From positions 5,544 through 69,543 of the forward strand of contig CAYTJG010000001.1 in NCBI GenBank assembly GCA_964437865.1: a DNA stretch of 64,000 nt. Direction: 5' to 3'. Below the pieces are notes generated by a model. The model made no database searches, was not told the origin of the DNA, and saw only the letters and a program-made list of their open reading frames with translations. The translations under genes and the position numbers were made by a program. Of this stretch, positions 35,410 to 44,491 are shown piece by piece (the stretch's first letter is position 1; every line of letters starts with the position of its first letter). This DNA comes from an uncultured Bifidobacteriaceae bacterium (lineage in GTDB: Bacteria > Verrucomicrobiota > Verrucomicrobiia > Limisphaerales > UBA11358).

Positions 35410-36816
35410 ATGACCATGACAGTGGCAGAAAAAACGTCGGTGCTGACCAATGCCAAGCCCCGCGGCGGCATGTTCCGCGCACCCGGTGGCGGGAGCTACG
35501 CGGTGACGTTTGTGCTCGTTTGTTCACTGTTTTTGCTCTGGGGCCTGTGCAACACCTTGCTGGACGACCTCAACAAGCACTTTCAGAATTCGCTCCATGT
35601 CACCAAGGCTCAGTCGGGACTCGTACAGGGCATTTGGTACCTTGCCTATTTTGTGATGGCATTTCCAGCGGGTTGGGTCGCAAAGCGAACCGGCTATCGC
35701 GGAGGTATTCTCGCCGGGCTGGGAATCGTGATTGTCGGCTCGTTGCTCTTCATTCCAGCCGGCAGGGTTGACGCCCCGCAGTCGGTGCACTTTGCGATTT
35801 TTCTCACGGTTCTATTCGTCCTCGCGACGGGCTTGGTCTTTCTCGAAACCATCGCGAATCCCTATACAACCGTGCTGGGACCGACGGAAACTTCGGTCAG
35901 CCGAATTAATCTTGCGCAGTCGTGCAACGGCGTCGGCTCCATTATTGGTCCGTTCATCGGTGCGACGTTCATTCTGTCGCAGACCGCCGCAGTGAACACC
36001 AGCAACGCGAGTCTCTACCTGCCATATCTCGTGATCGCCGGCGTCGTGGCCGTGATGATGATTATCTTTGCCTTCGCCCCGATTCCCGAGCTCAACGCGC
36101 CCGAAGAGGCGAAGAATCCCCGGACTCCCGCCGAGCATGTGCGCCCGCTTGGGCACGAAAGACACTACGTATGGGGGGTAGTCTCACAGTTTTTCTACTG
36201 CGCTGCGCAGACCGGTATCTTTAGCATTTTTATCAACTATGTGCGAGACGACAGGCACATGCCGCCATTGCCGCTCTGGCTCACCAAACAGCTGCCCGAC
36301 ACAATGAAATACCTTGAGGGGGGAAGTTGGCACATCACTGAATATGCCGCCGGCGTGATGCTCTCCGGGGCGTTCATATTTTTCACGGTTGGGCGTTTCT
36401 CTGGAAGCGCGATTCTGCGTTATTTTTCGCCCCACCGCACATTGGGCTTTTACGCACTGATCAATGTTGTGTTGATGGTGCTGCTGTTCTTGAACCTCGG
36501 GTGGCTTTCGGTGGCCTCGTTAGTGCTAAGTTTTTTCTTCATGTCGATCATGTATCCCACGCACTTTGCGCTCGCGATTCGCGGCCTCGGCGGTCGCACA
36601 AAATTTGGTGCGGCTGGCATGGTTACGGCCATTCTCGGCAGCGGTCTGGGCCCGATTAGCATGGGTTGGATTGCGGATCACTACGGTATGGCGGACGGCT
36701 TTTTGTTGCCCCTGGCATGCTTCAGCTTCATCGCCTGCTATGGCTTTGCGTGGAGCAGCTTGTTCGCTCGCGATATGGAGCCGGAATCAGATAGAGCGCC
36801 CGGGCGCACTCACTAA
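35410..36816 (+). CDS. FHS-family MFS sugar:H+ symporter, L-fucose permease (FucP)-like
   Basis: Collinear with E. coli FucP as remembered: 'FVLVCSLFLLWGLCNTLLDDLNKHFQ', 'LETIANPYTTVLGP', 'INLAQSCNGVGSIIGP', 'FFYCAAQTGIFS', 'FFMSIMYPTHFALAIRGLG'. It lies 8 bp after the activase stop. Confidence 0.8.
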   Translation: MTMTVAEKTSVLTNAKPRGGMFRAPGGGSYAVTFVLVCSLFLLWGLCNTLLDDLNKHFQNSLHVTKAQSGLVQGIWYLAYFVMAFPAGWVAKRTGYRGGILAGLGIVIVGSLLFIPAGRVDAPQSVHFAIFLTVLFVLATGLVFLETIANPYTTVLGPTETSVSRINLAQSCNGVGSIIGPFIGATFILSQTAAVNTSNASLYLPYLVIAGVVAVMMIIFAFAPIPELNAPEEAKNPRTPAEHVRPLGHERHYVWGVVSQFFYCAAQTGIFSIFINYVRDDRHMPPLPLWLTKQLPDTMKYLEGGSWHITEYAAGVMLSGAFIFFTVGRFSGSAILRYFSPHRTLGFYALINVVLMVLLFLNLGWLSVASLVLSFFFMSIMYPTHFALAIRGLGGRTKFGAAGMVTAILGSGLGPISMGWIADHYGMADGFLLPLACFSFIACYGFAWSSLFARDMEPESDRAPGRTH

Positions 36817-36941
36817 TTTCAAAAATGAAACACTGGAATTCAAAATAGGAACCGGACCTCTCCGGAGGATGCCGGTCGCCGGCGCTGGCCGGGCAATGCA
36901 GGAATGGTCGGCCAATCCGGCGCAAGTCACGGAAAACCACT

Positions 36942-38756
36942 ATGAAATCAAACATGATAACCAGAATGAAAAGGCTGAATGCGCTCTTCTCCGCGGCGCT
37001 TTTATTGTGCGTTACCGGCTGGGCGCAAACCAACCGCACGCCGACCTTTGAAGCCATTTATCAACGGAAAATTCCGGCTTGGTTCAACGAGGCCAAGTTC
37101 GGAGTGTTCATCGTCTGGGGCGTTTATTCGGTTCCTGGTTGGGCGCAGAAGGGCCAATATGCCGAATGGTACGGCCATAACATCCTGGATCAGGGCAGCC
37201 CTTCGCAACAATATCACGAGCGCGTCTGGGGCAAGCACTTTACCTACGACCAGTTTGTGCCGCTGCTTAGCGGCGAAGGTTTTGACGCCAACGAATGGAC
37301 TTCGTTGATCCAGAAAGCCGGCGCAAAATATGTCGTCACCGCCGCCAATTACCACGATGGCTTCGCGATGTATCCGACCACGTATGCCGTCTCGAAATTC
37401 GGTGATCACTGGAACGCATTTGATCGGGGACCTCATCGCGATGTGCTGGGCGAACTCGAAGCCTGCGGCAACGCCAAGGGTTTGAAGATGGGTATTTATT
37501 ACTCCCTCTACGAATGGTGGAATCCGCTATATATGAGCGGACAGCTTGAAAAATATGCGCGCGACCATCTGGGACCTAAGTTCAAGGAAGTCGTCACCCG
37601 GTACCATCCTCCGGTGATCTTTCTCGACGGCGAATGGGAGCATCCTTATCAAACATGGCATTCGGATGAGCTGGCGAATTGGCTTTACACTGAATCGCCG
37701 GTGAAGGACGAGGTGGTCGTGAATGACCGCTGGGGCTGGGTGCGTGGAAAGTATGGCGATTACTTGTCCAGCGAATACGGCGGCGGCGACTATCCGCCGA
37801 CGCACCCGTGGCAGGAAGATCGCGGCATCGGCAACAGCTACGGATACAATCGCAACGAGGATGCATGGGATTATAATACACGACAAACGCTGGTGCGTTT
37901 GCTTTCCACTGTTTGCGGCAACGGCGGCAATCTCCTGCTCGATATTGGGCCGACGGCCGACGGCCGCATTCCGCCCATTATGGAGGAACGTCTGTTACAA
38001 ATCGGCGACTGGCTCAGCAAAAATGGCGCGGCCATCTACGGGAGTGGTGCCAGCCCGTTCTGGCCCCGCAAATTTGAGTGGGGCGTGTGCACCGCGAAGG
38101 GTGACACGGTGTTCCTGCATCTTTTTGATCAATCCACAAAGAGTTTGGATATCAAGGGGTTTTCCGCCGACGTGGAAGGCTGCAAGTATCTCGCCACCGG
38201 CGCGGACCTGAAGTTCGCCACGCGCAAAGACGAACTGCACCTCGACCTAACTCCCGTGAAGCCTGACAGCGACGACACCGTGATCGCGGTGAAAATCCAT
38301 GGCAAACTCAAAGCCGACAAACGACCGCACCAATACGAAAGCGGCAGGATTCTGATATCCGCATGGTCATTAACGATTAACGGCTCCAAGGCAAAAATGC
38401 GGTTCGACGGTTTTGAAAAAATCGCGCATATCACAGACTGGACAGATCCGTCCGAAACGGCGTCCTGCAGATTCGTGGTTAACCAACCGGGGCGCTATCA
38501 AGTCAGTGTAACCTATTGTAGCGACAAAAACAGCGCAGGCTCCGCAGTCATTTTAAACTTTAACAATCAGAAAATCGATTTTGTTTCCGGTGACACTGGC
38601 GGTTGGAGTGGTGGAAATTACCAAAACATGAATTGCGGAACGATTTCGCTTTCCCAAGTGGGCGAGCAGCAGCTTTCCATCGTGCCCGTGGCGAATGGCT
38701 GGAAAAATATCGCCATCAAACAAATTCTTTTGACGCCGGAAAAGCGGCGGTCATAG
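36942..38756 (+). CDS. GH29 alpha-L-fucosidase with a C-terminal beta-sandwich (CBM-like) domain
   Basis: A signal peptide, then 'IPAWFNEAKFGVFIVWGVYSVPGW...YAEWY', 'AKYVVTAANYHDGFAMYPT' and 'GGNLLLDIGPTADGRIP' typical of GH29. The last ~150 aa form a CBM-like module. Confidence 0.8.
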   Translation: MKSNMITRMKRLNALFSAALLLCVTGWAQTNRTPTFEAIYQRKIPAWFNEAKFGVFIVWGVYSVPGWAQKGQYAEWYGHNILDQGSPSQQYHERVWGKHFTYDQFVPLLSGEGFDANEWTSLIQKAGAKYVVTAANYHDGFAMYPTTYAVSKFGDHWNAFDRGPHRDVLGELEACGNAKGLKMGIYYSLYEWWNPLYMSGQLEKYARDHLGPKFKEVVTRYHPPVIFLDGEWEHPYQTWHSDELANWLYTESPVKDEVVVNDRWGWVRGKYGDYLSSEYGGGDYPPTHPWQEDRGIGNSYGYNRNEDAWDYNTRQTLVRLLSTVCGNGGNLLLDIGPTADGRIPPIMEERLLQIGDWLSKNGAAIYGSGASPFWPRKFEWGVCTAKGDTVFLHLFDQSTKSLDIKGFSADVEGCKYLATGADLKFATRKDELHLDLTPVKPDSDDTVIAVKIHGKLKADKRPHQYESGRILISAWSLTINGSKAKMRFDGFEKIAHITDWTDPSETASCRFVVNQPGRYQVSVTYCSDKNSAGSAVILNFNNQKIDFVSGDTGGWSGGNYQNMNCGTISLSQVGEQQLSIVPVANGWKNIAIKQILLTPEKRRS

Positions 38757-39001
38757 AAGGAAAACATCGAGGATCACCATAAAATCTCCGCACGTTTTGC
38801 ACGCTCTTTCGCTTCCGTTTCAAACTTTCGGTCGTGCAAAGGCCGACGGTGCTTCCGTGACCAAGACGGCGAAGCCTGCGGTGACAATCCCCAACAGGGA
38901 CATTGCCCGGGGTGAGGTTTGATGCGGCATCGTCCGCATCGGGTAAGGAATTGTTTTCGACAACGCAAGCTACTACTAATCAATACATAACAAATTAAAA
39001 A

Positions 39002-41620
39002 ATGAAAAGACTGACATTAAAATTATGCTGTACGCTCGCCGCTGCGTCCTTGGCGCTATCGTCAAAGGCTCAGTTTGCCATAGCGGACGTGGGAACCACC
39101 GCTCCCACGCCGGGGCCGAATGACGTATATTGTATCATCCCAAGCATCCAAGATAATGATGGCCTGAATTATTATTGGGATAACGGTAATCCGGTTGGCC
39201 AGACCTTTGTCACGGGATCGAACTCCACCGGTTACACGTTGATGAGCTTGGCACTTATGACCGCTGGCAACGGAGGCAGTTGGGGAAGTGGGGCGGCCGC
39301 CTCGGTATTGGCGTCACAGAACTTCACCTTGACGATCTACTCCATTGATGAAAGCGGGAATGCCACCCCGGTGGCGACCAATTCGACCGTTGGAGCGTTG
39401 ATTACCCAGGGTGATTGGATGCAATGGAGCGGACTTGGTGTGCCGCTGTTGCCCAATATGAATTATGCTTATACCTTCAAAGACGGCGATACCGATTCAG
39501 GTGGGAATTGGGAACAGTTGGCCAACAACGGCAATAATCCGTATACCAATGGGCAGATTTGCAGCATTCCCGTCGGTGGCGGCGCGGTGGAATTCGGCAA
39601 CAGCGGCATTTCGGATGCGGTGTTTGATATTGGTCTGGCGCTGGGAACTGCGCCCGGCGGTACGGTGACGATTGCGGATATTGGCGCGAACGCACCGACA
39701 CCGGGAGCCAACGATATCTCGCAGTTGCTGCCCACGGTTGTTCCCATGCAAAACAACTATGGCTTGAATTATTATTGGGACAGTGGTGCGGGCGAGACCT
39801 TCCAAACGCCGAGCAGCACTGTTCCGTGGTTGTTGACCAATCTTGTAATCGGAACCGGTGGCAATGGTGGCGGTGGCCAGACTGCCGCCCAGGCTTTTGT
39901 CCTGAGAATTTACTCTGTTACGAACAACGGCGCGACCGCCATATTGATTTATTCGAATTCCTACAACACTTCACTCAATGCAGATTTGGATTGGATGCAG
40001 TGCAGCGGAATGAATCTCAGGTTGAATCCCAATCAACAATATGCCTACACCTTTTATCGCGGCAACAGCGGAAGTTGGGAACAAATGGCTGATTACGACC
40101 ACCATCCTTATTCAGGCGGCATGATTTGCCTGATTCCACCCGCCGGCGGCACAATTGAATATGGTAGTCAAAGCGGGAATAGTTCCTCGGATGCGGCATT
40201 TGACGTGGGTCTCGCGGCCGAATCGGTTTATGCGCAAATTCCAACCTATACACCCGAAGTTAATCCCATATACGCCGGCACGCCCGTGACTCTGAGTGAA
40301 GCTCCAGTGGGCACCGGGACGATGTCTTTTCAATGGCAGACCGATGGCGGATCCGGCGGCACATTGACAAATATTCCAGGTGCATCCAGCTCCAATTTGC
40401 TGGTAAGTACAGCCGGCTTGGCTGCGGGAACATTCAATTACGACGTGGTTGTCAAAACGATGGCCGGGGGCGGCATCTCCTCCACCAGCGCCGTGGCGCC
40501 GCTGACGATCATTGCTGCGAGCGCGCCTTTCCTTGTGACGGATACGACGGCGTCGCCCAATGCTGCAAGCAACTACGTGGGATTAAGTCAAATCTACTCA
40601 GCCTCGTTCTCCGGAACCTTGCCATTTGGTTACCAATGGTATGTTGCCTCCAACGTTAGCGGGTCCGGATCAACCCCGGTAGCTGGCGGAACCAATGCAA
40701 CGCTGGTGCTGAACAACCTGCAACTTGCTAACAGTGGTTATTATAGCTTGCAGGCGACCAATAACGTATATCCCTACAGCCTCAACAGCAGTTGGACGCA
40801 ACTGACGGTGTTCCCGGCCGCAGACATGCTGGTTCATTGGCAGGCGCCGGTGGTGTTCAACGGCCTCACGGCCGGCCAAATATTGACAAACAATATACCG
40901 GGAACATTTTTCGAAGGCGCCTATTTTGGCACTGCCACCGAACCCATTCCGGTTGTGCTGAACGGCGTTACCAACACTTTTTACGGTGATGGGTCAACTA
41001 TTTCAATCAGCGGCCAAGATGGCGAAAATCAGGGAACTTGGCTGACGGGTGGCATTACCACTGGAGATACAAATCTCGATACCATCCTCAACCAGTTCGC
41101 TTACAACATCAGTACAGGCACTCAGTTGATGTCCATTCATAATTTGCTTTTGGGAACGAACTACTATGTCCAAATTTTTGCGTTGGATGACCGCCTGGCT
41201 GGCGCGGGGCAATTCACGTCGTTTCAAAATCCCACGGACAATGCCGATGTTTCAGCCGCCTGGGCAATGTCGGCAAACAACTATGTCGTGGGCACCTTTA
41301 CCGCTCCCAACACTGACGTGGACATTCAACAAAATCTGTTTCCGGTTGGCAGTTTGAATGCCGTGATAGTTGGAACGGCAATTCAGAGCCTGGTTAACAC
41401 CAACCCATTGACGGTAAACTTCAAGGCCACACTGTCGGGGCAGGCGTTGAAATTCACGTGGTCCGCCGACCACCAAGGGTGGCAACTCTATACCAATGCG
41501 GTGGGAGTGGCCGCAACCAATAGCTGGTATCCAGTTTCAGGTTCGGCCAACGGAACCAGCCAGACGATCACGCTGGATCCTACCAAATCCAACGTGTTCT
41601 TCGAATTGCGCTATCCGTAA
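39002..41620 (+). CDS. 872-aa secreted multi-domain protein (tandem N-terminal ~195-aa modules, Ig-like domains, conserved C-terminal domain)
   Basis: Signal peptide 'MKRLTLKLCCTLAAASLALSSKA'. Two homologous modules ('IADVGTTAPTPGPND...GLNYYWDNG...DAVFDIGLA' and 'IADIGANAPTPGAND...GLNYYWDSG...DAAFDVGLA'). Ig-like 'NATLVLNNLQLANSGYYSLQATN'. The protein ends '...SNVFFELRYP'. Confidence 0.7.
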   Translation: MKRLTLKLCCTLAAASLALSSKAQFAIADVGTTAPTPGPNDVYCIIPSIQDNDGLNYYWDNGNPVGQTFVTGSNSTGYTLMSLALMTAGNGGSWGSGAAASVLASQNFTLTIYSIDESGNATPVATNSTVGALITQGDWMQWSGLGVPLLPNMNYAYTFKDGDTDSGGNWEQLANNGNNPYTNGQICSIPVGGGAVEFGNSGISDAVFDIGLALGTAPGGTVTIADIGANAPTPGANDISQLLPTVVPMQNNYGLNYYWDSGAGETFQTPSSTVPWLLTNLVIGTGGNGGGGQTAAQAFVLRIYSVTNNGATAILIYSNSYNTSLNADLDWMQCSGMNLRLNPNQQYAYTFYRGNSGSWEQMADYDHHPYSGGMICLIPPAGGTIEYGSQSGNSSSDAAFDVGLAAESVYAQIPTYTPEVNPIYAGTPVTLSEAPVGTGTMSFQWQTDGGSGGTLTNIPGASSSNLLVSTAGLAAGTFNYDVVVKTMAGGGISSTSAVAPLTIIAASAPFLVTDTTASPNAASNYVGLSQIYSASFSGTLPFGYQWYVASNVSGSGSTPVAGGTNATLVLNNLQLANSGYYSLQATNNVYPYSLNSSWTQLTVFPAADMLVHWQAPVVFNGLTAGQILTNNIPGTFFEGAYFGTATEPIPVVLNGVTNTFYGDGSTISISGQDGENQGTWLTGGITTGDTNLDTILNQFAYNISTGTQLMSIHNLLLGTNYYVQIFALDDRLAGAGQFTSFQNPTDNADVSAAWAMSANNYVVGTFTAPNTDVDIQQNLFPVGSLNAVIVGTAIQSLVNTNPLTVNFKATLSGQALKFTWSADHQGWQLYTNAVGVAATNSWYPVSGSANGTSQTITLDPTKSNVFFELRYP
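39071..40230 (+). repeat. Internal tandem duplication (two ~195-codon modules) within the 39002-41620 gene
   Basis: Module 1 spans roughly 39071-39650 and module 2 roughly 39650-40230. Conserved strings appear in the same order in both: IAD[VI]G..APTPG.ND, GLNYYWD.G, GNGG, IYS, DWMQ.SG, YAYTF, WEQ, SDA.FD[IV]GLA. Confidence 0.7.
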
Positions 41621-41639
41621 TCATGGGATGACGGGGACG

Positions 41640-41672
41640 GCCGCCGCAGTTTAGAGACTGCGGCGGCATTTT
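41640..41672 (+). terminator. Rho-independent terminator after the 872-aa protein gene
   Basis: A perfect 11-bp stem 'gccgccgcagt'/'actgcggcggc' with a 6-nt loop 'ttagag', followed by 'atttt'. It starts 20 bp after the stop codon. Confidence 0.6.
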
Positions 41673-42418
41673 GAGGCAAAGCTGGACACATGAAAGCCGC
41701 CGTTTTGTTTTGATCGGAACGCCACGGCCAACAGTCCCCGGCGCTGCTGGTGCCTCACCGACTGCCTCGTCTGGTTGATGTATTTCCGCAAGGTCGCGAT
41801 GTCTCGAACTTTGAACCCCCGGGTGAAATTCACTGCGGTGTTCGGGTCAGGTGTGAGTGCTTGAACAAGCCTGATTCAATCCGGGTGCACGGGCGGAATG
41901 AGCTTTTTTGCTTTACTAACTCTCTTGAATCACGCTTGTTGAAGGACTAGTCCCGCAGGACTTGAAGCGAAGCGCCTGGATGGTTTTGTCGCAGCGCTTT
42001 GCATCGCTCCGGGCAACTTGCATTGTCATAAAGGGTTAAAAGGACGACATTACAACTCCAGAAGATGTCATTACAACATTATCTTAAATTGAAGTAATTG
42101 CGCTTTAATTTCGCCGCCGGCGCAATCAAAGTAGCGCTGTTCCACACAGGTTCTGAATCAGCCAATTTTGATCACGATCCTTTTCACACATGAGGACTAC
42201 ACGATGCTCTATTGCTGTCGAAATCAACAAATGAGTTTCGTTTCACCCTCACCGGTAGCCGCCACCTGGTCATCGTGGTGGAAGGTTGCGCGAATCATGT
42301 TCAAGGTTGTCTGGCAGCCCATGCAATCCCGCGCGCTGGCGACTGGCGCGTTTCGTTTCGATGCTCCTCAGTGGGCGAGTTATCCAAGCCGCTTTTGCCG
42401 TCTTCGGACACCAAGATT

Positions 42419-44004
42419 ATGACCCACACCAATCTAAGGTTAACGGTTTACCTAATCGCGGCAACCTTATTCGCTGGCGGCCCATTGATTGCGGCGGATG
42501 GCCAAACCAGTGGCAAAAACATTTTCAAATCACCGGACATTCCGGCACACCCGGCCTCGTATTCCGAACCATTACGGCCACAATACCACTTCACCCCGGA
42601 AAAGAACTGGATGAATGATCCTGATGGCCTGGTGTTTTACGCCGGCGAATACCACCTCTTTTACCAATACAACCCACTCGGAAACATCTGGGACCACATG
42701 AGTTGGGGCCACGCCGTAAGCACGGATCTGATCCACTGGAAACATCTGCCAGTGGCGTTGCGGGAGGCTGATGGCCTCATGATCTTTACAGGCAGTGCGG
42801 TGGTGGATTGGAATAAAACCAGCGGCTTTGGCCTGGATGGTAATCCCCCTTGGTTGCCATTTACGCGGCTTATCGTCGGTCGGACAACGTGCAGTTTGAG
42901 TGCATCGCCTACAGCAACGACAGAGGTCTCACGTGGACAAAGTACGCTGGCAATCCCGTCATTAATCTGAACTCAAAGGATTTTCGCGATCCAAAAGTGC
43001 AATGGCATCAAGGCACCGGACGCTGGATCATGACGGTGGCGCTCTCGGTCGAGCACAAAATCTGCTTTTATGGTTCCAAAAACTTGGAGGATTGGACCTT
43101 ATTGAGCAAATTTGGCCCTGCGGGAGCAATTTCCGGGGCTTGGGAATGCCCGGACCTCTTCGAATTGCCAGTGCAAGAAGGCAAAGAAAAGCTATGGACG
43201 TTGACCATCAGTGTGGACGCTGGATTGGCTGGGGGCTCGGTGGGACAATACTTCGTGGGTACATTCGACGGTACTCGTTTCACGCCAAATCCGGCGCCGG
43301 CACTACTCTACGACTACGGGCCTGATTGCTACGACACTGTCTCTTGGAGTGATGTTCCAAAGACGGACGGGCGTCGGCTCTGGCTTGGTTGGATGGGCAA
43401 CTGGGCCTACAGCTACAACGCGCCCACCTCACCGTGGCGCGGCACCATGTCAATCCCGCGTGAACTTCACCTGCGCAAAACCAGCGAAGGCGCCCGATTG
43501 GCTCAAACGCCGGCCAGAGAAATGAAATCCTTGCGGGATAAACACTATGAATTCAAAGGAGGCAATATTGCGGAGGCCAACGCGTGGATCGCCGGCAATC
43601 AGATTGCCGGAAAGCCACTTGAACTGATCATTGCCTTCGCGCCAAGGCCGCATGGCGTTGAAGGGGTGAAGGTCTTGAAGAACACCAGCGAGGGTACGGC
43701 GATTGGGGTGGATCACACGCACGCGCAGATTTTTCTGGATCGATCGCGTTCTGGGAACGTGGACTTCCATCCCAAATTTCCAGGCATTTATCGCGCGCCG
43801 TTCGTTACCGGGAACCAACCGGTAAGCCTCCAGATTTTCGTCGACACCGGCTCCGTGGAAGTTTTTGCCAACCATGGCGAATGCGTTCTCACCGGGCTCG
43901 TATTCCCGAGTCCGGATAGTCGAGGCGTGGAAGTGTTCGGAACGGACCCGGCGACAAAGATCCTCTCCGTGGACGTGTGGACATTGAAGTCCATTTGGAA
44001 CTAA
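42419..44004 (+). pseudogene. GH32 beta-fructofuranosidase/levanase-type gene interrupted by a 1-nt frameshift at 42844-42850
   Basis: Frame 1 gives a signal peptide, then '[34 protein letters not shown]' up to 'GLDGNPP'. Frame 2 continues '[32 protein letters not shown]...FRDPKV...WECPDLF'. The intact paralog at 54676 reads 'GKDGKPPLVAIYTG...' across the same point. The break falls in 'aatCCCCCTTgg'. Confidence 0.8.
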
Positions 44005-44088
44005 TGAGAATCATGGCGTCGCTTCCTAATGTGGTGTTTGCCTCCAAAGTGGGACAACTCGGAAATAATTCCAGGCAGGCACTGGAAT

Positions 44089-44358
44089 TTAATAGGCTCG
44101 TATTGCGGAAACGGGGACGCCGCCCCTGCGTCGCTTGGCGTATTGGTTGACGAACTCGTGCAGAAGGTTACCCTGAATCCTGACGCTGTTGGAACGATCG
44201 CCGCCATGGCTGAATGCGAACGGTGCTTGCAGAGTGAAGAAGCCCCTGATCATGTGCCGGGTTGCCGGGGGCAACGGTACGAGGTCATCAAGTTCCTTCG
44301 CAGAGAACGGTTCGTAGTTAAGCAGCGGAACGAGAGCTGAATTGGCATTGGTCGGCAT
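44089..44358 (-). pseudogene. Possible degenerate HigB/RelE-like toxin gene, with a truncated HigA-like start downstream (44005-44088)
   Basis: 'SAKELDDLVPLPPATR...FSHGGDRSNSVRIQGNLLHEFVNQYA...VSAIRAY*' loosely follows the HigB pattern (...L.DL..PPGNR...L.GDR.G..S[IV]RI...[WY]R+.F.[FW]..G.A..V...DYH*), with a ~14-aa insertion. Just downstream, 'CLPGIISELSHFGG' resembles the HigA 'HPGEILKEEFLEPLG' start, then runs into the GH32 3' end. This call is low confidence and based on pattern memory only. Confidence 0.3.
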
Positions 44359-44491
44359 CCTTCGTGGATTGGTTGCGTAACGACTGCAGCTCCACCGCAA
44401 TCTACGCATAAAATGAATTGACAAGCATAATTCAGGTTGGTTGTTTAACCCGCTGGCCCGAAGTTCACATTGACGATGAACCGTTAAAGAC

